64,000 nt of DNA from positions 4,128,001 through 4,192,000 of the forward strand of contig OZ001293.3 in the NCBI GenBank assembly GCA_963921275.4, given 5' to 3'. Under the pieces are notes generated by a model. That model searched no databases. It saw nothing but the letters and a program-made list of their open reading frames with translations, and was not told where the DNA came from. Of this stretch, positions 21,010 through 32,600 are shown piece after piece (within the stretch, counting starts at the first letter, position 1; each line of letters begins with the position of its first letter). A program made the position numbers and the translations under genes. This stretch comes from an uncultured Hormoscilla sp. GTDB taxonomy: Bacteria > Cyanobacteriota > Cyanobacteriia > Cyanobacteriales > Desertifilaceae.

Positions 21010-21250
21010 CCGATAATGGAGAAGGGATCCTCATCGTTTTCTAGCACTGGGATGCTGACTGCTATGTTTACTATAGTTTCGGCAGTGTCGTCGTTGGCGA
21101 GGGGGGGGTCTGACAAGATTTCCACTTCCACATAGCCGGTGTCGGTAAACTCGTCAGCAGCGTCAGTGATAGTGTAGGCGAAGAAGTCAGAGAAGACTGG
21201 GAACTCGTTCGCATCTTCTGCTGGAGGAGTATATTCCAGCTTATCGTCTG
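21010..21250 (-). pseudogene. Orphan fragment of an Ig-like/cadherin-like adhesin repeat
   Basis: LEYTPP...DFFAYTITD...VEVEI / (frameshift) ANDDTAETIVNIAVSIPVLENDED. Confidence 0.6.
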
Positions 21251-22393
21251 TCAGGTCATTGGGTGTCCAATAGCAGGTTTTGCTTGTGCCTTTTGTTGCA
21301 GCAGGCGGGAAATGTGGGCTTTTTCTAGGAGTCCCACTAGCACGCCATTATCACGAACTACGGGTAGCTGAGATAGCTGTAACTGTTCTAGTAGTTGTAC
21401 CACTTCTAGCAGGGATTGATCGGCTCGAACTGTTGTGGATACTGCGAGCGCTTGGGTCAGTTGCTTGACCTGAGTTTGGGGCCAGTTAGATGTGGGGATA
21501 GTTTTCATGTCCTCTACCTTGATGTTGCCGATCAGTTGTCCCCACTCATTGATGACCAGGAATTTGCGCCACTTCTCATTGCCAATTACGAAGTCGTTCG
21601 CAAATTCTCTCAGGGACAAGTTAGCTGCCACAATTGGGCTATTGGGAGTTACCGCATCTTCGGCTTTTAGTCCTGCTAGTGTATCCGCGATCGCGGCTGA
21701 CTGGGCCGATCGCCCGGCGTTTTGCAGCAGGAACCAACCGATTAACATAGTCCAGAAGCTACCGTAGTTGCTAATGCCTAGGAATGATAAAGAACCAATG
21801 ATGATGCCAACCCAACCCAGGAATTGACCGACGCGGCTAGCAAAAACGACTCCTTTGTAAGGATTGCCCGTGATTTTCCAGACTAGGGCCTTGAGGATAT
21901 TACCGCCATCCAGGGGTAAGCCGGGAATCAGGTTAAACAGCGCTAGCACTAGGTTGATATAGGCTAGCAGTCCGAAAATCGCTGCTACTGGCCCGGTGAA
22001 TGGGGCTGTCAGGTTGATGAAGGTCAGCAGACCAAACAGGATTATGCTGACCCCAGGACCCGCGATCGCTACCCAGAAGGCTTCCCCTGGGGTTTTGGAC
22101 TCTCTTTCTAAGCTGGCTAAACCGCCGAACAGAAACAGAGTGATCGATCTGACTTCTATTCCCTGGCTGATGGCGACAAAGCTGTGTCCCAATTCGTGGG
22201 CTAACACCGAGGCGAACAGCAACAGTGCTGCAACCAATCCCCACAGCCAGGGTAATGGCCAATCTATTGCTGGAAATTGAGCCGCCAGTGCGCCGCCATA
22301 GTTCAAGGTCACTAAGCCCAAGACTAAAAACCATGATGGATTCACATAGAAGGGAATCCCAAATATATCGGCTACAAGAATGTTGCCGTTCAT
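21251..22393 (-). CDS. Site-2 protease (M50) with CBS domains
   Basis: HELGH, NLIPGLPLDGG, C-terminal CBS pair. Confidence 0.92.
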   Translation of the reverse strand: MNGNILVADIFGIPFYVNPSWFLVLGLVTLNYGGALAAQFPAIDWPLPWLWGLVAALLLFASVLAHELGHSFVAISQGIEVRSITLFLFGGLASLERESKTPGEAFWVAIAGPGVSIILFGLLTFINLTAPFTGPVAAIFGLLAYINLVLALFNLIPGLPLDGGNILKALVWKITGNPYKGVVFASRVGQFLGWVGIIIGSLSFLGISNYGSFWTMLIGWFLLQNAGRSAQSAAIADTLAGLKAEDAVTPNSPIVAANLSLREFANDFVIGNEKWRKFLVINEWGQLIGNIKVEDMKTIPTSNWPQTQVKQLTQALAVSTTVRADQSLLEVVQLLEQLQLSQLPVVRDNGVLVGLLEKAHISRLLQQKAQAKPAIGHPMT

Positions 22394-22644
22394 TTTCTCT
22401 ACCTCTGTTCTCAGCTGCGAGGGGCTTGTCCCTCTCGTGATGTTTTTATTGTAACGAAATGTCAAACCAGCTTTCATCTCTGGGTGGTGGTATTATCCGT
22501 CCTCTGGAGTTCGGTTTCAAAAATCCCGATATCGCCCGCTTATGTGACGTCAGTTCGGGCACAATCTAGTTGACAATCCTGTTGCCTTTCCCGCTATAAT
22601 TACCTTGGGAGCTAATGCACTCTTATCATATCACAGGTCTAATT

Positions 22645-23136
22645 ATGTCAGTATCCCCAACACCCCCATCTTATCGCCAAGAAGATCTCCAGCAAATTTT
22701 GCAGTTGGCGATCGCCCGTCAAGCTCACAATGATGATTTTTCTCGGGAACAGCTTTGGGAAATCGCTGCCGAGTTAGGTATTTCCGAGGAAAATCTCCAA
22801 TTAGCCGAACAGGAATGGTTATCTCGCAGAAGTGAACTGCAACAACGGCAGGAGTTTAATCTCTACCGCCGCCGCATGTTTCAGAAAAAGTTTGGCACCT
22901 ATCTGATCGTCAATACTTTTTTGCTGCTGCTCAATTTCCTCACTTCTGGCACTATTTCCTGGTCTCTATATATTTTATTAGTCTGGGGACTAGGGCTTGG
23001 CCTTAATGTCTGGAATCTGTATCAAGAGACGTCCGAAGAGTACGAACAGGCTTTCCTCAAGTGGAGTAACAAGAATCAACTCAAACGCTCGATTAACAAT
23101 GTTTTGGATAAGGTAAATAAGTTTTTGCAGAGTTAG
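22645..23136 (+). CDS. 2TM domain-containing protein
   Basis: YRQEDLQQILQLA...EIAAELGI followed by two TM helices. Confidence 0.75.
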   Translation: MSVSPTPPSYRQEDLQQILQLAIARQAHNDDFSREQLWEIAAELGISEENLQLAEQEWLSRRSELQQRQEFNLYRRRMFQKKFGTYLIVNTFLLLLNFLTSGTISWSLYILLVWGLGLGLNVWNLYQETSEEYEQAFLKWSNKNQLKRSINNVLDKVNKFLQS

Positions 23137-23413
23137 ATGAGCAGCATTTTTAGGGCTATTTCATTCTATCAAAACGCGCCGCACCCTCGTTCCCACGGCT
23201 CGGGGCCCTCGGAAAGTAAATCTTTAATGACGTGCAGCGGGTTCTGTGGTAATCCCGGTCTCGCTAGGTTTATGACTGGTCGCAACCGGTGGGAGATGGC
23301 TAGGGTCGGCTGCTGGACGATCGGGGGTTGTCTGATTTTTCGGGCCGTCCGCAGACCGTAGATGGTGGATTTGAGCTAAACTAAGCTATAGGTACTATGA
23401 ATCTAGGGGAACT

Positions 23414-25198
23414 ATGGACGCGCTGATTGGCAAAACATTGCAGGGAGGCAAATATACTCTCGATCGACAACTGGGGCAAGGTGGTTTTGGGGTCACCTTC
23501 AAAGCTACTCATCACTACCTGAATCGGGTGGTGGTAATTAAAACTCTGAATGAGTCTGTGCGCCAGCATCCCAAATTTGTTGACTACCAGCGCAAGTTTC
23601 AGGATGAGGCCAGACGTTTAGCTTTATTTGTCCATCCCTATATTGTCCGCGTCAGTGACTTTTTCTCTGAAGATGCCATTCCCTACATGGTGATGGATTA
23701 CATTCAGGGTCAAACTTTGGGAAATCTGGTGTTTCCTAACCATCCTCTACCGGAAGCGACGGCTATTCAATACATCCAGCAGATTGGTTCGGCCTTGCAG
23801 GTAGTTCATGAAAATGGCTTGCTGCATCGGGATGTGAAGCCGGATAATATTATGCTGCGCCAGGGGACTGATGATGTGGTGCTGATTGATTTCGGTATTG
23901 CCCGAGAGTATCAAGCTAATTTTACCCAGACTCATACTAGCTTCGTTTCTGATGGTTATGCCCCGATCGAACAGTATATGCCCCAGGCTAAACGCACTCC
24001 CGCTATCGATGTTTATGCTTTGGCGGCTACTCTCTATGCTTTGTTGACGGCAAAATCACCGGTATCGGCTGCTTTGCGCGATCGCCAACCCCTTCAGTCC
24101 CCCAAGGAGTTGCAACCCCAGCTGAGTGAGGCTGTTTCTCAGGCGGTGATGCAGGGAATGGCGGTCGAAGCGGGCGATCGACCCGCTACTATTGATGCAT
24201 GGCTGCAATTGTTGGCCGATGCATCAACAGGGGCGACGAGAATCCAAATGCCAACACCCCAAGAACCAGCTGGCCCAGGAGAGTTAAATGCCACGCAAAG
24301 CGCTACAACTGTCCGAGTTGCCAACCACCAATCTGGACCGCAGACAGTCCCCCATGCTAAACCCTCAAGTTCCTCTCGCAAAGGGCCTGGCCTGCTGCCG
24401 ATCTCTGGTATGGTGGCGATCGGCCTCTTCCTGGTCATGGTTGCGGTTAATTTGTTCAAGCCCCAAGATCCTAAACCCATTGTCCGATCGCCAAGACCCG
24501 CACCATCTAATCGGACGCCCGTCACACCTGCACCAGATACTCCTCCGGTAGCAGAGGAACCGACAGAGGAACCGACAGAGGAACCGACAGAAGAACCGAC
24601 AGAGGAACCCGAATCTTCTGCTTCCCTCGTAGCAGAAGCACCTCCGACATCAGAACCCGATCGCCCGAAAAGACCGCCCGTCGCCCAGGTTCCCCCAGAA
24701 CCAGTCCAGTTACCGGAAACTCCCTCACGACCTGTACCTCCGGCCAAGAAACCAGAACAGCCAGAAATTCCACCAACTGCTAAGAATACAATCAATGTTC
24801 CACGAGGCTATTCCATTGGTATAGATGAAAGTGAGATTCTAGAGGATCTGGGTCAGCCAACTCAAATCTCTGCTGGTTATGGTAATAGCCGCGCCTTAAT
24901 TTATCAGGTAGTGCCCAGTAACATTATTTTACGCTACTATGTAGACCTCAATTCTCAACAAGTGTGTCGAGCTGAGGTATTCTTTCCCCAATCTGTAGAC
25001 CGACTAATGATGCGCACGACTGTCAATGGCATGCTGCTTGGCAGTGGCGCACTTAGCAAGATTCCCAGGGAACTCAAAAAAGTGCGTCAGGGTAAGTCCG
25101 ATTTCTACGAGTTTACACACAAAAACTTAAAAGGCGTCATCCAGAGAATAGATGGCGATCGCATTTACTTCGCTGTCTGGGATGCTAAATTCAAGTAA
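23414..25198 (+). CDS. Hanks-type Ser/Thr protein kinase with TM helix and Pro/Glu-rich external region
   Basis: [22 protein letters not shown] 12-bp repeats at about 24553-24610. Confidence 0.93.
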   Translation: MDALIGKTLQGGKYTLDRQLGQGGFGVTFKATHHYLNRVVVIKTLNESVRQHPKFVDYQRKFQDEARRLALFVHPYIVRVSDFFSEDAIPYMVMDYIQGQTLGNLVFPNHPLPEATAIQYIQQIGSALQVVHENGLLHRDVKPDNIMLRQGTDDVVLIDFGIAREYQANFTQTHTSFVSDGYAPIEQYMPQAKRTPAIDVYALAATLYALLTAKSPVSAALRDRQPLQSPKELQPQLSEAVSQAVMQGMAVEAGDRPATIDAWLQLLADASTGATRIQMPTPQEPAGPGELNATQSATTVRVANHQSGPQTVPHAKPSSSSRKGPGLLPISGMVAIGLFLVMVAVNLFKPQDPKPIVRSPRPAPSNRTPVTPAPDTPPVAEEPTEEPTEEPTEEPTEEPESSASLVAEAPPTSEPDRPKRPPVAQVPPEPVQLPETPSRPVPPAKKPEQPEIPPTAKNTINVPRGYSIGIDESEILEDLGQPTQISAGYGNSRALIYQVVPSNIILRYYVDLNSQQVCRAEVFFPQSVDRLMMRTTVNGMLLGSGALSKIPRELKKVRQGKSDFYEFTHKNLKGVIQRIDGDRIYFAVWDAKFK

Positions 25199-25289
25199 AT
25201 TGTTCGAGTAAATTGTTCGTAGTAAGGACTTTAGTCCTTGCGATCGGAAGACACTAAGAGACTTCCAAACACCTCATACCTGACAACCC

Positions 25290-25470
25290 ACCTCTGCGCT
25301 AGCGACAACGAACCCATGGAGACAACCAGGAGTCCCGAGAAGCATCCAGCGGAGACACAGGGAACCGTAGTGTGATACATCGGTACATTTTTGCCTTCCT
25401 CAACCTGTCTGACTGGTAACCCTGCTTGCACCATGGCCGCCTCGAAGGTAAACGAGCAGCCGATTAACTG
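25290..25470 (-). pseudogene. DUF1445 (putative hydro-lyase) fragment
   Basis: [37 protein letters not shown]. Confidence 0.6.
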
Positions 25471-26059
25471 GAAAAGCGCGTGCTATTCGCTGAGACTTGA
25501 CCACTGCGTTGAGCGTCGTAACCAGTTCACCGCCTGCGCTCGCGCCCCTTAACAATAGAGATATTTTATCCAGGAATAACTGAATCATTCCACCAAGTAC
25601 GAGAGTCATTCGGTGGTGTCACAACTTTTTGCTTTGACGTGAGACAAGATTACCGAAAGGCAGTTGAGTAACTCCAAAGCCAGAGTAAGCACATCCAAGG
25701 CTGGAGTAAGATCGGGGGGTGGTCTTGCGCCCATTGGTAAGACGATCCCTTCCAGTCCCCCGGAGACAAGTTGCTGAATAGCGCCGGTTGAAAAGGCTGG
25801 GGAGAAAGCGCCAGCAAATATGATGTATGGCAATATGCTGCTGTAAGTTTGGTCGAGATCGCGAATGCGCTGCGCGCACGCTACGCGAACGGGATACAAG
25901 AATGGGGCATAACCGGCGATCGACATGGGAACTACACGGACATCGTTATTGAACAGAGACACCCAACCCCGACAGTATAGTGGCAAAAAATTTATTTATG
26001 ATAATTTCCGGAAAATATGTTTTAATGATTGTAGTCCAAGCAAGAAAGCTACTATAATA

Positions 26060-27071
26060 ACTCAAGTTGCGACCTATAAAAATTGGATACAAAAAGCTAT
26101 GATAAAGAGAATTATTTTTAACTCTAATCCCTTAGATGTAACAGCATGAATTGACTTGGGAAACAAATTGGTGATTCGACTAAAACAGGTTTCAACTTGT
26201 TTTCTTGTTACTTTTTGTATATATTCAAAACAAGAATATTCTTTTCTTTTTGAGTTCTTTTTTCGCAAAGGTTTTAACATTATACTTGACGACTCTTTTA
26301 GTAAATCCTCTAATTGATAATCATTATAAGCTTTATCTCCATAAACTATTGAATTTGATGGTAAGTCAAAGCCAAAAGATTGCAAAACTTTAACATCATT
26401 ATAACTACCAGGATCTAGATAAAATTCTATTGGCTTTCCATTTTTGTTTACCAACATATGAACTCTTAATCCATAAAAATAACGTTTTTTACTGGCAATA
26501 TACCCTCGATATTCTTCCTTGTTATAAATTTGGCATCTATCAATCCTAATATTATCACATACTGGCACCGGGAAACTATCAAGAATATATTCTTGACCCG
26601 GATTGAGCTCTTTAAATGTTTGAGCTATAACTTGGAAGAAAAACATCCAAATTGGTTCCTCAATATTGTGTAATCGACGATTGAACCTACTTTTACTTAA
26701 CAGATTTTTTATATACTTGTGTTGAACCATAAATTGACAAGAGCGATCGTGGTGTCCTCCGAAAAAATATGCAGCAACTAATCCGACTGTCATCACTTCG
26801 GCATTGTTCATTTTTACTTGTGGATCTTCTTTTATATTTAACGCTTTTAGTGGCTCGTCACAAAGAACAAAAATTGTTGTAATCATATCTTCCATCATCT
26901 ACATCCCCCAGCAATTAACTATTATTTTAGTACATTATAACCTATAAACAGCCAACCCGCCGTCTAGCACAAAAAAAATATAATTTTGTATCAAAAGCTA
27001 CGAAATATCCCAAATATCTGTAAAGTCTAAGTGGGTAATTCATATTTTTTTTAATAGGTCGCAACTTAGGT
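26060..27071 (-). mobile_element. IS982 family element with intact-looking transposase (26074-26898)
   Basis: TIRs ACTCAAGTTGCGACCTAT / ACCTAAGTTGCGACCTAT; 7-bp TSD TATAATA; LDSFPVPVC, GDKAY, RKQVETCFS; low GC. Confidence 0.93.
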
Positions 27072-27156
27072 TATAATAGCTAAAAGCTGACTTCCCTCAA
27101 GGTCGCCAGTGACCAGCCCCTAAAAAAGTTCATCATTCCTTACATCAGGAGAAATT

Positions 27157-29283
27157 ATGGCCATATTTAACGTAGACACACCAGCAAAACTATCTGATGC
27201 CATTACCAGTTCTAGTAATAACGGTGCTAGCGATGTCATTAACATCACGTCAGATATTACCCTGACTGGGTTGCTGCCCCTTATTGACGAAGACATGGGG
27301 CTGACGATAAATGGGAATGACAACACTATTAATGGTAATAACAAATTCCGGCTGTTCTTTGTCTTAGACGGTACAGTCAATTTCAACGAGCTGAATTTTA
27401 TGAACGGCGTGGCCCGGGGAGGCAATGGTAGCGGCGGGGCCGCAGGCATGGGCGGTGGCCTGTTTATCCATGACGGGACCGTCACCGTGACTGATAGCAC
27501 TTTCCAGAATAATAGCGCCATTGGTGGTAATGGCTATAGGGGCTTTGACATCAGCATCAGTGTGGGTGGTAATGCTAATTTCATCACTCCTATGCCTGAG
27601 AATAATGGCACGGACGGCATACCCGGCATACCCAGCAGCCCCGACGGCGGCGACGGCGGCGACGGCGGCTTCGGCGGCGACGGCGGCGACGGCGGCTTCG
27701 GCGGCAACGGCGGCAACGGCGGCAACGGCGGCATCGGCGGCAACGGCGGCCGAGGCGGCAACGGCGGCCGAGGCGGCTACGGCTACGGCAACGGCAACGG
27801 CGGCAACGGCGGCAACGGCGGCAACGGCGGCAACGGCGGCAACGGCGGCATCGGCTACGACAATTCCGGCAATGGCGGCTTCGGCGGCGGCGGCGGCGGC
27901 GGCATCACTGGCAAAGGCGGCTTGAGCGGCTTCGGCGGCGGCGGCGGCGGCTTCGGCGGCGGCGACGCAGACAATTCCGGCAACGGCGGCAGCGGCGCAG
28001 GCATGGGCGGAGCCATATTCGTCCGCACCGGCGATCTCATGATTTCGGACAGCAGCTTCAACAGCAATGATGCTCAACATGGCACTGGCTCCGGCTTCGG
28101 CCGAGGCCTGGGGGGCGCCATTTTCGCCCTGCACATCACCGCTAATACCAACGGGAACGACCAGGGCATGCCCGACGCCCTGCCGAGCGTGGTCCTCGCA
28201 GATGTAACCTTCTCGGACAATACCGCCACTAATGGTATGGACCCCACTCCAGCGGACATCACACTGGGCACCATGGTAAACAGTGGAGACCTGTTCGGCA
28301 ACCAATTCCGCCGCGACTCCTCTCCTACCGACATCGAACTCAGCAACAGCAGCATCAATGAAAACTTCGCAGCTAATAGCGTTGTGGGGACTTTCTCTAC
28401 TACCGACCCCGATAATGGAGATACCTTTACCTACCAGTTAGTCACAGGCGACGGTGCCGAAGACAACGCCGCCTTCACTATAGTAGGGGACCAACTGGAA
28501 ATCAACAGTTCCCCTGACTTTGAGGCTCAGTCGAGTTACAGGATATTCGTTCAGACTACCGACTCGACTGGGAACAGTTACTCGGAGGCTTTGATTATTA
28601 ATGTGAACAATGTTGCCGAGTCTCCTACTGATATAGTTCTTAGTAATGGCAGCATCAATTCTAATTACCGTGCGGGTGCGATCGTGGGGACTTTCTTTAC
28701 TAGCGATCCGGACGGGGGAAATACTTTTACCTACCGGTTAATCTCGGGTTTTGGTGACGATGATAACGCTGCTTTCACTATAGTAGGAGACCAACTGCTA
28801 ATTAATAGTTCTCCGGCTTTGGAGATGAGGTCGAGTTACAGCGTCCGCGTTCAGACTATTGACGTTACTGGGGCCAGTTACTCGGAGGCTTTGATTATTA
28901 ATGTGAACGATGTTGCCGAATCTCCTACTGACCTTAACTTCAGCAATACTCGTCAATCCCTAACTCTCAACCCCCAACGCCTAACTTTATCACTCTTTGA
29001 GAAGGAGGAGGACACTCTGATCGGCGGGGAGGGAAGCGATCGCGTCTACGGAAACCATGGAAGCGATCTTCTCTACGAAGGATCAGAGGCCAATATTTTT
29101 GTTCTGGAGTCGGACATGATGGGTACTATCATAGACTTTGAAGATGGCACGGACTTTATCAGGCTAGCAGGAGGTTCTCAGGGCCTCGATACCTGGATTA
29201 ATTTTGAATCGAAAACCATGGCCACCCTGCAGGGGATTGATGAGACCCTGATTAATGTCGATGATTTCACTGTGGTTAATTGA
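27157..29283 (+). CDS. Gly-rich (GGN/GGD) surface or secreted protein with two cadherin-like repeats and an RTX-type tail
   Basis: GGNGGNGG repeats, PTDIxLS...FSTTDPD...DFE cadherin repeats, DTLIGGEGSD / IIDFEDGTD tail. Confidence 0.8.
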   Translation: MAIFNVDTPAKLSDAITSSSNNGASDVINITSDITLTGLLPLIDEDMGLTINGNDNTINGNNKFRLFFVLDGTVNFNELNFMNGVARGGNGSGGAAGMGGGLFIHDGTVTVTDSTFQNNSAIGGNGYRGFDISISVGGNANFITPMPENNGTDGIPGIPSSPDGGDGGDGGFGGDGGDGGFGGNGGNGGNGGIGGNGGRGGNGGRGGYGYGNGNGGNGGNGGNGGNGGNGGIGYDNSGNGGFGGGGGGGITGKGGLSGFGGGGGGFGGGDADNSGNGGSGAGMGGAIFVRTGDLMISDSSFNSNDAQHGTGSGFGRGLGGAIFALHITANTNGNDQGMPDALPSVVLADVTFSDNTATNGMDPTPADITLGTMVNSGDLFGNQFRRDSSPTDIELSNSSINENFAANSVVGTFSTTDPDNGDTFTYQLVTGDGAEDNAAFTIVGDQLEINSSPDFEAQSSYRIFVQTTDSTGNSYSEALIINVNNVAESPTDIVLSNGSINSNYRAGAIVGTFFTSDPDGGNTFTYRLISGFGDDDNAAFTIVGDQLLINSSPALEMRSSYSVRVQTIDVTGASYSEALIINVNDVAESPTDLNFSNTRQSLTLNPQRLTLSLFEKEEDTLIGGEGSDRVYGNHGSDLLYEGSEANIFVLESDMMGTIIDFEDGTDFIRLAGGSQGLDTWINFESKTMATLQGIDETLINVDDFTVVN

Positions 29284-29330
29284 AGTTGGCTCAATAGCTG
29301 TTTTGGGGAACTATGGAAGCAGAGTCTTCC

Positions 29331-29575
29331 TTTAGCTATTAGCCGGGGGTTTGAACCCTCGGTGTATCGTGGGTAGTGCGAGTACGATGTCCCCGGGGTA
29401 GTGCTCAGACGATGTCTTCTGGGTAGTGCGATTAGCGCGAGGTGTCTCCTGGGTAGTGCTCAGACGATGTCCCCGGGGTAGTGCGATTAGCGCTCCCCGG
29501 GGACATCGAGCCACCAGGAGACACCTCGCCCCAGAAGACATCGAGTTCCCCGGGGACATCGAGCGACCACGAGAC
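29331..29575. repeat. Array of nested palindromic repeat modules
   Basis: Recurrent CGATGTCCCCGGG, GGGTAGTGCG, CCAGGAGACAC and GGGGACATCGAG modules. Confidence 0.8.
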
Positions 29576-29613
29576 AGGGAAGGCGGTCTGACAGCGAAGT
29601 AGAGTGGGCATGG

Positions 29614-32600
29614 TTATTTCACCTTTCTCCCTATGAGCCAATAGGTGTTCATTTTACCCTTGCCCTTAACATCGATCGCCCCCCGTTCCTTAAATAAGAA
29701 TTGGGACTTTAAGCGATCGTAAGTAGCAGCAGTTACTTGAATGCCGCCTACAGAACCGTGAGATTCCATGCGACTAGCAACATTAACAGCATCGCCCCAC
29801 AAATCGTAGGCAAACTTTTTCAGCCCAATCACGCCAGCTACAACTGGTCCTGTATTGATGCCAATGCGGAGGTGAAAAGGTTTGCCATCATCCCGCTTAA
29901 ACTGAGTGATTTTCCGTTGCATGTCTAATGCCATCTCGGCGATCGCCTGTGGGTGGTCTGGCCTGGGGGTAGGGAGACCGCCTGCGACCATATAGGCATC
30001 TCCAATAGTCTTAATTTTCTCCAAACCATGGGCGAGAGCCAGTTGGTCGAAGGCAGAGAAGATTTCATTCAGTTGGCATACCAGTCTTGTGGGAGAGATA
30101 TCGGCAGAAAGACCAGTAAAGTCAACAATGTCCGCAAACATAATGCTTACGTCATCAAAGCGCTCCGCAATAGCATGTTGGTCTTGTTTTAATCGTTGCG
30201 CGATCGGATGGGGTAAAATATTCAGTAACAAGCCCTCGGACTTTTCCTGTTCTGCCAGCAAAGTCTCTTCTGCGCCCTTGCGCTCAGTGATATCTTCAAC
30301 AATGCCTTCATAGTAAAGCAGTTTTCCTTGCTCGTCGCGAACAGTACGAGCATTCTCAGAAGTCCAGATAATGTTGCCATTTTGGCGATAGACCTGAGAT
30401 TCAAAATGCGACACCGCATCATCCAGTTCCAAAGCCGCAATAAATTCCATCCTACGGTTTGGGTCTACATATAGTTCCGCTGCGACATTAGTCAGGTGAC
30501 TCATCAGTTCCTCTGGCGAGGAATAGCCAAACATCCGTGCTAGGGCCGGATTGACACTCAGGTAGCGCCCGTCCGGTGTAGACTGATAAATGCCTTCCGC
30601 CGCATTCTCAAAAATACTGCGGTACTTCTCCTCCGCTTCCTGCATGGCATCAATCATCCGCTTGCGCTCTGTAATATTACGAGCTACCCAAATCACGCAA
30701 TTGTCCGGCATCGGTGAAACGCTGGCCGAAAACCACACTTCCTGGGAATTGGAGCTTGTCGATTTTGCAATTGGCGATTGCGCTCCGCTCCCGCAAGGGA
30801 TACGGGAATATTTCCCTTGACTGTTTTCAAAGGGTAAGCAGTATTCTAAATTTACCGTTTGCCCTGTATTCAAGACATGCTGGATATTGCGAACAAAGAA
30901 GTCAGCTTGTTCGGCAGGCAAAACCTCATAGACAGTCTTACCTAAACGTTCGGCCTTGGGACTATACAAAACCTCAGAATTCGTCGAGACAATTTTGATA
31001 TAGCGTCCGCTAGCATCAAAGACGGTAATAATGTCAGTCATAGCGGCAAACAGAGCCCGCAGTTCCGCTTCCGAGACTCGCAGGGCCGCTTCCATTCGCT
31101 GGCGCTCGGCAATTTCAATCCGCAACTGATGGTTTGACTCTCTCAGGGCTGCTGTCCGCTCGGAAACTCTGATTTCTAGCTCTTCATTCGCTCTTTGCAA
31201 AGCTAACTCTGCCTGCTTGCGTTCTGTGATGTCTTCAACAGTTCCTTCATAGTAAAGCAAATTGCCATTTTCATCGAGCACCGCACAGGCATTTTCCGAG
31301 ATCCAAGTGATCCGACCGTCCCGGTGCTTGATTTGCGACTCAAAGCTCATCACCCCATCACCCGACTGTAGCAATTGGATGAATTCCGAGCGACGATCAG
31401 GGTCAAGGTAAAGTTGATCTTGGATGCTAGTGATATTTGCTATCAGTTGTTCGGGGGACTCATAGCCATAGATCCGAGCCAAAGCTGGGTTAGCACTCAG
31501 ATAATGACCATCAGGCGTAGTTTGGAAGATCCCTTCAACTGTATTTTCAAACAGATGGCGATATCTCGCTTCTGCCTGCCGCAGATCCGACTCGACCCGC
31601 TTGCGATCGGTGATATCAATGCCGATGGTGAAAACTGCCCGATCGCCATCGTATTTCTGGGCGACAATCAAATAATTGCGCTCGGAGCCCTTGATAACAG
31701 CAGATATCTCTCGGAAAGCATCCTGTTGAGGACGACTAGCGAAAAAGGAGCGGACAAACTCCTTAAACTCATTGCTAGTGCCTAAAAAACCAATATCTTT
31801 ACCAACAAAAGCTTCTGGGGGCAAGTCGAACATGTTAGCTAAATGGCGATTTACCTCTAGATAGCGTAAATCTGAACTAATCCACGAAACAATTCCCGGC
31901 ACTGCTGCCAAAACAGCTTCTAACTGCTCTTTGGTAGCCCGCAGCTCCTCTTCTGCCCGCTTGCGCTCAGTGATATCAATGCCAACGGTAAAAGCTGCCC
32001 GATCGCCATCGTACTTCTGAACGACAATCAGATAATTGCGGGGCTCGCCGCCAACAATAGCCGAGATTTCTCGGAAAGTCTCCTGTTGAGGGCTAGCGAA
32101 AAAGGAGCGGACAAACTCCTTAAACTCACTGCTAGTGCCTAAAAAACCAATGTCTTTACCAACAAAAGCTTCTGGGGGCAAGTCGAACATGTTAGCTAAA
32201 TGGCGATTTACCTCTAGATAGCGTAAATCTGAACTAATCCACGAAACAATTCCCGGCACTGCTGCCAAAACCGCCTCTAACTGATCTTTAGCAGCCCGCA
32301 GAGCATTTTCTGCCTGCTGGTGTTTAACAATCTCCGCCACCAATTGATCGTTTGATTCTTTCAGAGCAGCTGTCCGTTCCTGGACTTTATCTTCGAGGGC
32401 GGCATTAGCTGCTTGCAGAGCCTCTTCTGCCCTCTTGCTGCTATGTCTCCCATCGCTATTCGGACTACCCGGGAGACACAGCTCCGTAATATCCTGTGCC
32501 ACAAATAATGCCCTCTGTTTCCCCCCATCTGAGCGCAGTGTAGCTTCAATCTCTGATGTAGAGAAGTTAGACTGTTCAACCCCTAACCAGGGCAGAGGTT

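Noticed and set aside
25606..25986. 126-aa ORF as a real gene
   Set aside because: Contains a short repeat insert and no recognisable motif; probably decayed sequence, left unassigned
27364..28305. 313-aa Ala-rich minus-strand ORF and other overlapping ORFs
   Set aside because: Shadow frames of the GGC-rich repeat in the 27157-29283 gene
29331..29575. Possible CRISPR array or tRNA cluster
   Set aside because: Irregular nested hairpin modules, no constant repeat-spacer period, no cloverleaf motifs
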